27,425 nt of DNA from Candidatus Stercoripulliclostridium merdigallinarum (GTDB lineage: Bacteria > Bacillota > Clostridia > Christensenellales > DTU072). The notes below the pieces were generated by a model. It made no database searches and was not told where the DNA came from. It saw nothing but the letters and a program-made list of their open reading frames with translations. The stretch lies in assembly GCA_018714575.1 (NCBI GenBank), contig DVNF01000078.1, positions 1 through 27,425 of the forward strand, given 5' to 3'. Below are positions 1-9,003 of this stretch, piece by piece; position 1 is the stretch's first letter; each line of letters opens with the position of its first letter. Made by a program: the position numbers and the translations under genes.

Positions 1-362
1 AATATCGTGTATGCGCCGACGCCCCAAAATCCGGGTATGGATACCGCCAAGACCAAATACAGCACGACCGCGAACAACGCAACGGTCAGTATCGACAAAA
101 GCCCCCTTTGGAAAACCGGACTTTTGACGCTTTCCAGCGGTTTCATGCGGAGTTCGTTCAGCATCGGCTGATAATCCCCCAGCGATTCAATGCACTTGTC
201 GTAAATTTCGTCGTCCGACAAATTGCCGGATTCTTTTAAATCCATTGCGCGGCTCATCAAATCGCCCAACATGGCTTCCCTGAGTTCGGCGGCTTCTTTC
301 GTAGGCGGCACAAGTTTAAATAACGATCTGAGGTAGGTTTTGAATCTTTCCAAAAAACTCAT
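1..362 (-). CDS. Membrane protein, permease-prefix/DUF1700-like N-terminal helical domain (runs off the window edge, C-terminus missing)
   Basis: Not in the ORF track. My translation from ATG at 362: MSFLERFKTYLRSLFKLVPPTKEAAELREAMLGDLMSRAMDLKESGNLSDDEIYDKCIESLGDY..., then a hydrophobic helix (LLSILTVALFAVVLYLVLAVSI). ATGA overlap with the padR stop and AGGAG RBS upstream. This is the typical partner gene of PadR. Confidence 0.75.
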   Translation of the reverse strand, partial: MSFLERFKTYLRSLFKLVPPTKEAAELREAMLGDLMSRAMDLKESGNLSDDEIYDKCIESLGDYQPMLNELRMKPLESVKSPVFQRGLLSILTVALFAVVLYLVLAVSIPGFWGVGAYTI

Positions 363-694
363 TTGCGCTCTCCTAAAATCAGCTTATCCAAAATGCGGCT
401 GGCTTTTTTCCACTCTTCCGCTTTGTCCGCATACAGGGCTTTGCCCTTTTCCGTGATGCGATAATAACGCCTTCTGGCGCCGCCGACTCCGTCGCCCCAA
501 TAGGTTTCCAACAGTCCGTCCTCTTCCATTCGTTTGAAAGCAGTATAAATCGTGGCGTCTTTTACGTCTATTACGCCTTCGCCGCCTTCGATTATGGATT
601 TGGATATTTCGTATCCGTAAGAGTCGCCTTCCGATAATATCCTTAAAATTATCGTTTCGGTATGCCCCCTAAGGATGTCGCCGCCGTGCGCCAC
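359..694 (-). CDS. PadR-family transcriptional regulator
   Basis: ILRILSEGDSYGYEI...TIYTAFKRMEEDGLL...RRRYYRITEKG winged-helix signature, GTG start, AGGAAGG RBS. Confidence 0.95.
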   Translation of the reverse strand: MAHGGDILRGHTETIILRILSEGDSYGYEISKSIIEGGEGVIDVKDATIYTAFKRMEEDGLLETYWGDGVGGARRRYYRITEKGKALYADKAEEWKKASRILDKLILGERK

Positions 695-730
695 AGTGCA
701 CCTTCCTATTTAAATTAACTATCTAAACAG

Positions 731-759
731 ATTATACACTTGACGCACGGAATTGTAAA
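731..759 (-). promoter_or_regulatory. Sigma-A promoter for padR (TTTACA-N17-TATAAT)
   Basis: Minus strand reads TTTACA attccgtgcgtcaagtg TATAAT, about 37 nt upstream of the GTG. Confidence 0.7.
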
Positions 760-803
760 CACTTTTTTCGGATTTCCGAATAAAATTATCGTTTACGCCC
801 GGC

Positions 804-2054
804 TTATCTGAACTCCGGATATATATCCAAGGTGGCGAAATAATCTTTGGGAGTTTCGGCGCGTCTTATCAGATCGAACGAGCCGTCCTCGTTCAACATT
901 ATTTCCGCGCTGCGAAGTTTGCCGTTATAATTATATCCCATCGAATGACCGTGCGCGCCTGCTTCGTGAATGAACAGATAATCGCCTATATCCAATTTAG
1001 GCAAAGCCCTGTCCACGGCGAATTTGTCTGAATTTTCACACAAACTGCCTACTACGTCGTACACGTGATCGCAAGGTGCGTTTTCTTTTCCTAAAACGGT
1101 GATATGGTGATAGGCTCCGTAGATTGCCGGGCGCATCAGGTTGGCGGCGCAGGCGTCTACTCCGGCGTATTCCTTGTAGATGTGTTTAAAGTGCACGACT
1201 TTGGTGATCAGTCCGCCGTAAGGAGCCAACATGTATCTGCCGAGTTCGGTAAACATTTTGGGGCTTAGTCCGTTCGGAGTCAAAATTTCGTCGTACTGCT
1301 TTTTGACGCCTTCGGAAATCTTGTAAATATCCGTCTTTTTCTGTTCGGGGCGATACGGCACGCCTATGCCGCCGCTTAGGTTGACAAAGTCGAATCGGGC
1401 GCCCGTCACGTCGTGCAGTTCCTTTATCAGTTTAAACAGAGTGCCTGCAAGTACCGGGTAGTATTCGTTTTCGATATTGTTACTTGCCAAAAACGCGTGA
1501 ACGCCGAAGCTCTTTACGCCTTTATCCATTAATATTTTAACGGCTTCGAACATCTGGGCGGTGGTCAAACCGTATTTTGCGTCGCCGGGGGAACCCATGA
1601 TAGCGTTATTGATCTTGAAATCGCCGCCCGGGTTGTACCTTAGGCAAATGCGCTCGGGAATACCGCAAGCTTTCTCCAAAAACTCTATGTGAGTGATGTC
1701 GTCCAGGTTTATTATCGCGCCCAGCTTCTTGGCGTAGACGTATTCGGCGGCTGGAGTTTCGTTGGAAGAAAACATAATTTCGTCGCCCGAAAATCCCAAT
1801 TTTTCCGCCATCATCAATTCCGTCATGCTGGAGCAATCGACTCCGCAGCCCAAGCCTTTCAGCAATTTTATTATCGCGGGATTGGGCGTGGCTTTGACGG
1901 CGAAATATTCCTTAAAGCCTTTGTTCCAAGAAAACGCGTCGAACAGCTCGCGGCAGTTATCGGTAATGCCCTTCTTGTCGTACAGGTGGAAGGGAGTGGG
2001 ATATACCGCGGCAATTTCTTTTACTTTATCCAACGTTACAAAAGGTTTTTTCAT
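804..2054 (-). CDS. lysA: Diaminopimelate decarboxylase
   Basis: PLP-lysine motif YFAVKATPN, glycine loop NLSGGIG, ELGRY and GSLCENSD. The ATG at 2054 follows GAGGTG; the GTG at 2060 is an alternative start. Confidence 0.93.
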   Translation of the reverse strand: MKKPFVTLDKVKEIAAVYPTPFHLYDKKGITDNCRELFDAFSWNKGFKEYFAVKATPNPAIIKLLKGLGCGVDCSSMTELMMAEKLGFSGDEIMFSSNETPAAEYVYAKKLGAIINLDDITHIEFLEKACGIPERICLRYNPGGDFKINNAIMGSPGDAKYGLTTAQMFEAVKILMDKGVKSFGVHAFLASNNIENEYYPVLAGTLFKLIKELHDVTGARFDFVNLSGGIGVPYRPEQKKTDIYKISEGVKKQYDEILTPNGLSPKMFTELGRYMLAPYGGLITKVVHFKHIYKEYAGVDACAANLMRPAIYGAYHHITVLGKENAPCDHVYDVVGSLCENSDKFAVDRALPKLDIGDYLFIHEAGAHGHSMGYNYNGKLRSAEIMLNEDGSFDLIRRAETPKDYFATLDIYPEFR

Positions 2055-2079
2055 AAGCACCTCTACAAAATATGGTTTT

Positions 2080-2109
2080 ATTATAAAATAACCCCCGTTT
2101 CATAGTCAA
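2080..2109 (-). promoter_or_regulatory. Sigma-A promoter for lysA (TTGACT-N18-TATAAT)
   Basis: Near-consensus hexamers, giving a leader of only about 20 nt. Confidence 0.65.
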
Positions 2110-2149
2110 GTATAAGTAACGGCTTTGACCGCATCGAACAACTCCGGTA

Positions 2150-2178
2150 TTGACAGCTTCGTTTATCGGCGTTATCAT
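2150..2178 (+). promoter_or_regulatory. Sigma-A promoter for the MFS gene (TTGACA-N17-TATCAT)
   Basis: TTGACA at 2150-2155, 17-nt spacer, TATCAT at 2173-2178. Divergent from the lysA promoter. Confidence 0.7.
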
Positions 2179-2181
2179 TAA

Positions 2182-2220
2182 AAGGGAGGATCTTTACGGG
2201 GACAGATCCTCTTTTACTGT
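2182..2220 (+). terminator. Terminator-like hairpin in the MFS 5' leader (possible attenuator)
   Basis: Perfect 8-bp stem GAGGATCT (2186-2193) / AGATCCTC (2204-2211), 10-nt loop, followed by TTTTACTGTT. Confidence 0.45.
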
Positions 2221-2244
2221 TCGCATTTTCAAAGGAGGTGTTGC

Positions 2245-3609
2245 ATGGACAATTCTAAAGCTGCAAAAGCCGCAAAAATCGGATTAAAGACCTGGATCCT
2301 GGTTTGGGGATTGGGGCTGGCGGGACAGCTGTGTTGGAACATAGAAAATCAATGGTTCAACACCTTTATTTACGCAAAGATAGCAAAAGACCCCTCTATT
2401 ATCTCCTGGATGGTCGCGGTCAGCGCCGTAGCCACCACCTTTGCCACCTTCTTTTTCGGCACTTTGGCGGACAGAAAAGGCAGTCGTAAACCCTTTATCG
2501 CCTGGGGCTATATCGCATGGGGAATATGCACGATAGGTTTCGGACTGACGGAATATATTCCGAAAGAAGCTTTGACGGTTGCCGCCGCCATGGTAGTTAT
2601 TGCCGACGCGATAATGAGTTTCTTCGGATCCATGGGTAACGACGCCGGATTCAACGCTTGGACCAACGACCTGATGCGCGAAGGAAACCGCGGTCAGATT
2701 GGCGCCGCGCTTGCCACCCAGCCGGTTATCGGCACGATAGTCGGCACGCTTTTGGGCGGCGCGCTGATCGGCGACGAAGAAAACTATATGCGGCTGTTCC
2801 TGATAATGGGCGGATTGGTGATCGTTTTCGGCATTGTGGCGTTGATATTCATGCGCGACGACCCCTCTTTGCGTCCCAACGTCGAGGGCGGTTTCTGGAA
2901 ACAGTTCGCTTCGGTATTCAACTTTAAAAAGTTCTTTTCTCAAAAGGAATTGGTCGTAGTCAACGTCACGGTAGCCGTTTACTTTATCGGTTTTAACGTA
3001 TATTTTGCCCATATGGGCAACTATATGTTGCATTATCTGGGCTTTAACGAAGGCGATATGGGCTTATTGCAAGGTATCGGTTTGATACTTGCGATGCTGA
3101 TGGTAATTCCGTCGATCTTCCTGATAAACAAAAAGAAAACGCCTTTGGTGTGTCTTATCGCGATTTTGGTAGCTATCGTCGGATTGCTATGGATATTCTT
3201 TATGATAGACCCCTCTTCCGTAGACAACACGACGGCGTTTGCGGCAAAGAACATACCTTTGATTTTGGGTGTTTTCCTGGTCGGAACGGGCTATGTGGTA
3301 ATTCTGCAAACGACTACGGTTTGGGCAAAGGCGCTGTATCCGAAGGACAGTAAAGGTCAGTTCGAAGGCGTCAGAATAGTTTTCTTCGTATTGATCCCCA
3401 TGGTTTTCGGTTCGATAATAGCCACCCCGGTAATAGAATCGGCGGGATTGCAAATTCAGGGCGAAGTCGGCATGGAATACATCCCTAACGGATATATCTT
3501 CCTGGTCGGAGCCATCATATCCGTTCTGGCAGTCGTTCCGTTGCTGTTCGCGTGGAAGTTTTACGACAAAAGAATCGCCGACGAAGCCGCCGCGCCCACA
3601 ATCGAATAA
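2245..3609 (+). CDS. Major facilitator superfamily transporter (about 12 TM helices, substrate unknown, possibly sugar/glycoside)
   Basis: 454 aa with two bundles of hydrophobic helices, motif-A-like GTLADRKGSRKP, and AAGGAGGTG RBS. Confidence 0.88.
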   Translation: MDNSKAAKAAKIGLKTWILVWGLGLAGQLCWNIENQWFNTFIYAKIAKDPSIISWMVAVSAVATTFATFFFGTLADRKGSRKPFIAWGYIAWGICTIGFGLTEYIPKEALTVAAAMVVIADAIMSFFGSMGNDAGFNAWTNDLMREGNRGQIGAALATQPVIGTIVGTLLGGALIGDEENYMRLFLIMGGLVIVFGIVALIFMRDDPSLRPNVEGGFWKQFASVFNFKKFFSQKELVVVNVTVAVYFIGFNVYFAHMGNYMLHYLGFNEGDMGLLQGIGLILAMLMVIPSIFLINKKKTPLVCLIAILVAIVGLLWIFFMIDPSSVDNTTAFAAKNIPLILGVFLVGTGYVVILQTTTVWAKALYPKDSKGQFEGVRIVFFVLIPMVFGSIIATPVIESAGLQIQGEVGMEYIPNGYIFLVGAIISVLAVVPLLFAWKFYDKRIADEAAAPTIE

Positions 3610-3654
3610 ATCGGTTATGCTCTGTTATAATTTGTATTTTCCGAATTAAAAATT

Positions 3655-3696
3655 AACGGCAAAAGTCCGCGTCGAAAGGCGCGGACTTTACCGTTT
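3655..3696 (+). terminator. Intrinsic terminator after the MFS gene (probably bidirectional)
   Basis: AAAGTCCGCGTC-GAAA-GGCGCGGACTTT stem with a GNRA loop, extended by AACGG/CCGTT, A-rich and T-rich flanks. Confidence 0.8.
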
Positions 3697-3785
3697 AAAT
3701 AACTTTTCGGGCAGGTTATTCGCGCGCATATTGTCGAAGCGGCTAAATATAATCCAATGCTATATAAGCCACGAAAAAAACCGTT

Positions 3786-3839
3786 AAAAAACCTTTGCAA
3801 TCACATTATAATTTAAAATAATTTACGATTCGCAAAGGT
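3786..3839 (-). terminator. Probable terminator of the rnf operon
   Basis: Imperfect inverted repeat ACCTTTGC-AATC / GATT-C-GCAAAGGT around an AT-rich loop. On the minus strand it is followed by TTTTT and then TTTTTTT. Confidence 0.55.
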
Positions 3840-3876
3840 CGGTAATAAATTCGGTAATAAATCAAGTTTTATATGT

Positions 3877-4698
3877 CTAATTCCTGTCCGTGCCCACTTT
3901 CAAAATACATTGCGACGGGCATTTTGCCGCGCAGATACCGCAAGCCGTGCATTTCGTATAATCGAATACGGGCAGGTTGGATTGCATGGTAATCGCTCCG
4001 GACGGGCAGTTTTTCGCGCACAGTCCGCAACCGATACAACCTGCGGAGCAAACCTCGCGAACTTCTTTTCCCCTGCCGGGATTTGAACACGCGACATAAT
4101 AGACTGCGTTTTTCGGCAATCTTTTTAACGTCTGTTTGGGGCAGAATCTGATACACCTGGAGCACTGAACGCACTTCGATTGATCGACCACGGCTACGCC
4201 CTCGACAATTATAATGGCGTTTTGCGGACATTCGGAAACGCACTTTCCAAGCCCCATGCACCCCGTAGGACAAGCTTTCGTGCCGCCGGCAAGCAGCTCC
4301 GCTGAAGCGCAATCGCCATAGCCTTGGTAATCGTATTTTTCGCGGCATTTCGCGCCGCCCTTACAAGCGTTGATAACGATGATCTCTTCCGGAGAAGTCC
4401 CCAATATTTCGGCTATTTTAGCTTTGTTTTCCTTAGACGTCGGACCGCAGTTCCCGACTTCCGCCTCGCCTTTTACCAAAGCTTCCGCAAAAGCGTCGCA
4501 TCCCGCATAACCGCAACCGCCGCAGTTGGCTCCTGCCAACAAAGAGGTAACTTCGTCTATTCTTTCATCGCGTTTTACGGCGAATTTTTCGCTGCAAACG
4601 GCGATCAGCACGGCAAACACCACAGCAAGTCCCGTCAACAAAACTACGGGTAAAACTATTTGTAACGTAACCGACATTGCCATTAACGAAATATACAT
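3877..4698 (-). CDS. rnfB: Rnf complex subunit B (polyferredoxin)
   Basis: N-terminal TM helix, LAGANCGGCGYAGC Fe-S motif and several CxxCxxCxxxCP ferredoxin motifs. ATG 4698 follows AGGTAGG; GTG 4704 is an alternative start. Confidence 0.95.
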   Translation of the reverse strand: MYISLMAMSVTLQIVLPVVLLTGLAVVFAVLIAVCSEKFAVKRDERIDEVTSLLAGANCGGCGYAGCDAFAEALVKGEAEVGNCGPTSKENKAKIAEILGTSPEEIIVINACKGGAKCREKYDYQGYGDCASAELLAGGTKACPTGCMGLGKCVSECPQNAIIIVEGVAVVDQSKCVQCSRCIRFCPKQTLKRLPKNAVYYVACSNPGRGKEVREVCSAGCIGCGLCAKNCPSGAITMQSNLPVFDYTKCTACGICAAKCPSQCILKVGTDRN

Positions 4699-4708
4699 AG
4701 TCACCTAC

Positions 4709-5290
4709 CTAAAAGCTGAGCGCGGAGAACGCCGCAAAGCTCATGGCTATTATCGAAGCCGCCAGAAGCGTTATCGGGAAGCCTTTGAACGCCGCAGGAA
4801 TATCCGCCGTTTCCATTCTTTCGCGGATCCCTGCAAGAATCAATATGGCTATCGTAAAACCGATACCCGAAGCCACTCCGTTTACAAAAGCGTACAGGAC
4901 GTTTACTTCGCTTAGTTCCGTCACGTTCATTATCGCCACGCCCAAAACGGCGCAGTTCGTGGTGATCAACGGAAGGTATACGCCCAGCGCGCTGTACAGC
5001 GAAGGCGAAAACCTTTTTACAAAGATCTCGACCAGCTGTATCAAAGCGGCTATCACCAAAATAAAGACTATCGTCCTAAGGTATTCCAAGCCTGCCGCCA
5101 CCAACGCCAGGTCTATGGCGTAAGTGATCACCGACGCGACTCCCATTACGAATATGACGGCGATCCCCATTCCAAGGGCAGTCTCAGTGCGTTTGCTGAC
5201 TCCCAGGAAAGGACAAATGCCCAGGAACCTGCTAAGCACGAAGTTATTGACGAACACGGCGTTAATTACTATCAATAAAATATACGGCAT
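4709..5290 (-). CDS. rnfA: Rnf complex subunit A
   Basis: FLGICPFLGVS and LPLITTNCAVLG motifs, hydrophobic, TAATG coupling to rnfE. Confidence 0.96.
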   Translation of the reverse strand: MPYILLIVINAVFVNNFVLSRFLGICPFLGVSKRTETALGMGIAVIFVMGVASVITYAIDLALVAAGLEYLRTIVFILVIAALIQLVEIFVKRFSPSLYSALGVYLPLITTNCAVLGVAIMNVTELSEVNVLYAFVNGVASGIGFTIAILILAGIRERMETADIPAAFKGFPITLLAASIIAMSFAAFSALSF

Positions 5291-6075
5291 TACGCGTTAC
5301 CCCCTTCGGCGGAGGAAGTCTCGGGATATTGTTCCCCGCCGTTCAGGAGTTCCGAAGTTTCGGTTTCGGTATCCTGTACGCCGATAATATCGTCAGTTTC
5401 CTGTTCGCCCTGCCGACCGGCTTTTTCGGCTTTTTTACGGGCGATCGCGTTTTCGACGGATTTTACCACGGCGTTAAATATCACCATCATAAACCCGTAT
5501 ACCATAAAGCCGCCTGCCGGCAAAACAAAGATCGTCATCGGCAGTCCCGCGTCTATCAACGGCTCTATTTTAAATCCGAAAACGGAGCCCGTTCCCAAAA
5601 GCTCTCGGATAAATCCCAGTAACGTCAGCGAGAAAGTAAACCCTAAGCCTATACCTATTCCGTCCAAGACCGACGGTATCACGGGGTTTAGCGAAGCGAA
5701 ACTTTCGGCGCGCGCCAACAGTATACAATTGACGACTACCAAAGACAGGAACAGTCCCAACGTTTCGTACATATCGGGCAGGAACTTCCTCATTATCATC
5801 TGTACCAAAGTCGAAAAAGTTGCTATGACCAAAATATAAGCCGGGATCCTGACCTTTCGCGGAATAAACTGCCTAAGCATCGAAATAATGGCGTTACTGC
5901 ACACCAAAACGAACATCGTCGCCAAGCCCATCGACAAACCGTTCAACGCCGCCGTAGTCACCGCCAAAGTCGGACAGGTACCAAGGACCAATCGGAACGT
6001 GGCGTTATTTTTAAAAACGCCTTGGGTCAGCGGCTCTAATGCGGTAGTTAACTTCTGCCTATTCATGCGCGCCAC
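5290..6075 (-). CDS. rnfE: Rnf complex subunit E with an acidic C-terminal extension
   Basis: LGTCPTLAVT and LVVVNCILLARAE motifs. Confidence 0.95.
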   Translation of the reverse strand: MARMNRQKLTTALEPLTQGVFKNNATFRLVLGTCPTLAVTTAALNGLSMGLATMFVLVCSNAIISMLRQFIPRKVRIPAYILVIATFSTLVQMIMRKFLPDMYETLGLFLSLVVVNCILLARAESFASLNPVIPSVLDGIGIGLGFTFSLTLLGFIRELLGTGSVFGFKIEPLIDAGLPMTIFVLPAGGFMVYGFMMVIFNAVVKSVENAIARKKAEKAGRQGEQETDDIIGVQDTETETSELLNGGEQYPETSSAEGGNA

Positions 6076-6661
6076 CCCCCGTAAAATGATTATATGCGGC
6101 GACCGCGCCCTTTACAGAGGCGAAAACGGCGTTCGACGTATAAGTCGCGCTGGTCACTTTGTAAGGTGTAAAAGCCGAACCCGAATCGGGAATTCCGATA
6201 CTGTGATCGGCGGGAATATCGATATCGGAAGTTTTTACTCCGACATACTGCGACAGGTATTCCTCGTTAAAAGCGTTTGCTCCCAGCCCCGGAGTTTCCG
6301 AATGGCTGTATCCTACCACTTTGATTATGGCTCCGTCGTCTATTACCGTTATCAAAGCCACTCCGTCGGCGGAATAGCCTATGCGATTGGCTTTTGCGAC
6401 GTGAACCAAAAAGATATACGCTCCGTCCGCGGCGCGGTAAGCTCCGTTCAGCGAAGTGCCCGTCAAAGAAGTATAATCGGAAGTATCCAATTCGGTCAGT
6501 TCGGAATCGGGATACGCCTCGGCGATCGCCTTTTTCAATTCCTCCGCTTCGTCCACCGCGGTAAAGTAATTTACCACCGCAAGTAACAGCGCGGCTACAA
6601 AGGCTATGACCGCCAGGCTGATTACGATTTTCAGGCTCTCTTTGTTAATTTTTGCTTTCAT
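6059..6661 (-). CDS. rnfG: Rnf complex subunit G (FMN-binding)
   Basis: N-terminal TM helix, HSETPGLG motif, flavinylation-site-like VTSATYTS, and position in the operon. Confidence 0.92.
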   Translation of the reverse strand: MKAKINKESLKIVISLAVIAFVAALLLAVVNYFTAVDEAEELKKAIAEAYPDSELTELDTSDYTSLTGTSLNGAYRAADGAYIFLVHVAKANRIGYSADGVALITVIDDGAIIKVVGYSHSETPGLGANAFNEEYLSQYVGVKTSDIDIPADHSIGIPDSGSAFTPYKVTSATYTSNAVFASVKGAVAAYNHFTGGGAHE

Positions 6662-7700
6662 GAGCCTCTCCCTTAGCCTTTTTCGGCTTCGTATATCCGA
6701 ACGGACGCGGTTTCGTAGCTTTGTCGATCAGCGGAGTCAACAGGTTCATCAATAATATCGCAAAGCTGACGCCTTCGTTCATGCCGCCGAAACGGCGGAT
6801 CAACACCGTCAAAATGCCGGCTCCGACTGCAAAGATCCACGTTCCCAACCTGGAAACGGGCGAAGTCGTATAGTCGGTCAACATAAACACTCCTGCAAAC
6901 ATCACGCCGCCCGACATCAGCCCGGGCAATATGTAATTCCAACCTTGCCGATAGAAAATCAAACAGCATACGGCAACGGACAGAAAATATCCTACCGGGA
7001 TCTTCCAATCGATGATCCTGAAAACCAACAGATATATTGCGGACAATATTATGGCAAGCTTACAGGTTTCCCCTATCGTTCCGCCGATATTACCTAAGAA
7101 CGCCGCCAACAAATCGAATTCCGGCGCACCTGTCTCAGCCGAAGCTTTTATGCCTGCCAGCGGAGTCGCCGAAGTCACGTAAGCGGCGTCCGGCGTAAAT
7201 CCCATAAACAGATTTTCAACCGTAAACGCAGAATAATCTATGGGGTTTACGTACTTCATCATCTGCGCGCCCCAGGCAAGCAACAGGAAAATCCTTGCCG
7301 TGGCGGCGGGGTTAGCAAAGTTTTTGCCCAAACCGCCGAACAGCATTTTGACGAACATCGTCGCCACGATACCGCCGACTATCGGTACGTAAAAAGCCAC
7401 TGTCGGCGGCAAATTCAGCCCCAGGATAATACCGGTCACCACCGCCGAAAGGTCGGACACCGTGTCGGGCTTTTTGCGTATCTTATTAAACAGCCATTCC
7501 CCGAATACGGCGGCGGCTGTCGAAAGACCTACCACCAACAGCGCGTAAAATCCGTACAGAACCGTTCCGGCTATCACAGGAAAGCTAAGCGCGATAATAA
7601 CGTGCAACATTATTTTCCGCGTCGTCAAGCTGCTGCCGACGTGCGGAGAAGAAGTCACCAATAACTTTTTAAAAGTCGTTTGTTGCATGTTTTGTTGCAT
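6645..7700 (-). CDS. rnfD: Rnf complex subunit D
   Basis: SSPH, KMLFGGLGKNFANPA, TSATPL, GTIGET and TDYTTSP motifs. Alternative ATG at 7688. Confidence 0.96.
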   Translation of the reverse strand: MQQNMQQTTFKKLLVTSSPHVGSSLTTRKIMLHVIIALSFPVIAGTVLYGFYALLVVGLSTAAAVFGEWLFNKIRKKPDTVSDLSAVVTGIILGLNLPPTVAFYVPIVGGIVATMFVKMLFGGLGKNFANPAATARIFLLLAWGAQMMKYVNPIDYSAFTVENLFMGFTPDAAYVTSATPLAGIKASAETGAPEFDLLAAFLGNIGGTIGETCKLAIILSAIYLLVFRIIDWKIPVGYFLSVAVCCLIFYRQGWNYILPGLMSGGVMFAGVFMLTDYTTSPVSRLGTWIFAVGAGILTVLIRRFGGMNEGVSFAILLMNLLTPLIDKATKPRPFGYTKPKKAKGEAHESKN

Positions 7701-7706
7701 ATTATA

Positions 7707-8996
7707 TTATTTTCCTTTTTGCCTGATCAGTTTTTTAGCCAACCTCTGCGTTTGCACCAAAGGGCGCTTTGCCGGGCAAACGTAAGCGCAACAGCCGCAT
7801 TCGATACACAATTCGGGATGATATTGTTTACACTCTTCGATCTTATCGTGCAAAATCAGCGCGTCCGTCCGCATAGGCAGTAACGACATCGGGCAAACGT
7901 TTGCGCATCTGCCGCAATTCAAACATGGAGTGGGTTCCACCTCTCGGATCTCGTCCGCGGTCAACAGCAGCAACGCGCCTGAAGTCTTTGTCACGGGAAA
8001 ATCTACGGAGTGCAACGCAAATCCCATCATCGGTCCGCCGGCTATAGCCTTTACAAAGTCCTCGCCGCCCTCGGACGCTTCCTTCAATTCCGCAAAAGAA
8101 GTGCCTATTCTGACCGAATAATTGGCAGGCTTTTTGACGGCGGCGCCGGACACGGTGACGATCCTTTCTATCAAAGGTTTACCTTCGTCCACGGCCTCCG
8201 CCATAGCGTAAGCCGTTGCCACGTTGGATACGATATAGCCAATATCCGCAGGCAACTTTCCTGCCGGCACTTTTTTACGCGTCAATGCGTAAATCAATTG
8301 TTTTTCGCCGCCTTCGGGGTATTTGGTCTTTAACATCTCTACCGTAATATTGCCGGAAGCAAAGCGCAAAAGCTCCGCATAAGCGTCGCTTTTATTCGCC
8401 TCTACCCCTATCACGGCGTTTTTCGCGCCGGCAGCGATGCGCAGATATTCGATGCCTTTCAATATTTTTTCGGCGCGTTCTATCATCAGCCTGTAATCGC
8501 AAGTGATGTAAGGTTCGCATTCCGAAGCGTTTATCAGTAACGTTTCCACGGGATTTTTAGGGGAAAGTTTGACGTCCAAAGGAAAGCCCGCGCCGCCCAT
8601 TCCGACGATACCCGCTTCCCTTGCCCTCTTTATCAGAGTTTCCCTGTCGAAATCGACAACAGGAGGCAGATAATCCGTTTCGTATTTAAAATCGTTTTCT
8701 ATAAAAATACAGGCCGACTTGCCTCCGCGAAAATTGGGTTGCAATTCGACCTTTTTGACGGTGCCCGAAACGGAGCTGTGGATATTTGCCGAAACAAATC
8801 CGCCCGCTGCGGCTATCAACGTTCCCTGCTTTACCGCGTCGCCCGGCGCCACTACCGCTACCGCAGGCTTTCCGATATGTTGATCCAACGGAATTTTTAC
8901 AAGGCTACCCGGACATAGTTCGCGTATAGCCATTCCTTTAGAAATTTCCTTTTTCTCCTCCGGGTGGATTCCGTATTTAAAAGTCTTGCTCCTCAT
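7707..8996 (-). CDS. rnfC: Rnf complex subunit C (NADH/FMN/4Fe-4S)
   Basis: QHIGKPA, AGIVGMGGAGFP, INASECEPYITCD, KYPEGGEKQL and two ferredoxin motifs. Start placed at 8996 because the upstream ATG (9005) lies inside the predicted -10 box. Confidence 0.96.
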   Translation of the reverse strand: MRSKTFKYGIHPEEKKEISKGMAIRELCPGSLVKIPLDQHIGKPAVAVVAPGDAVKQGTLIAAAGGFVSANIHSSVSGTVKKVELQPNFRGGKSACIFIENDFKYETDYLPPVVDFDRETLIKRAREAGIVGMGGAGFPLDVKLSPKNPVETLLINASECEPYITCDYRLMIERAEKILKGIEYLRIAAGAKNAVIGVEANKSDAYAELLRFASGNITVEMLKTKYPEGGEKQLIYALTRKKVPAGKLPADIGYIVSNVATAYAMAEAVDEGKPLIERIVTVSGAAVKKPANYSVRIGTSFAELKEASEGGEDFVKAIAGGPMMGFALHSVDFPVTKTSGALLLLTADEIREVEPTPCLNCGRCANVCPMSLLPMRTDALILHDKIEECKQYHPELCIECGCCAYVCPAKRPLVQTQRLAKKLIRQKGK

Positions 8997-9003
8997 CTTT
9001 TTC

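Noticed and set aside
2055-2110. Lysine riboswitch or T-box upstream of lysA
   Set aside because: The promoter-to-start distance is only about 20 nt of leader, leaving no room and no conserved motifs.
3615-3800. 61-aa minus-strand ORF or sRNA between the MFS gene and rnfB
   Set aside because: TTG start without an RBS and no homology cues. The region is adequately explained by two terminators, and the nearby TATAAT has a 19-nt spacer to a weak -35.
7698-7730. TATAAT directly before the rnfD ATG (second leaderless candidate)
   Set aside because: Zero spacing to the ATG, no credible -35, and an AAGGA SD-like sequence is present upstream.
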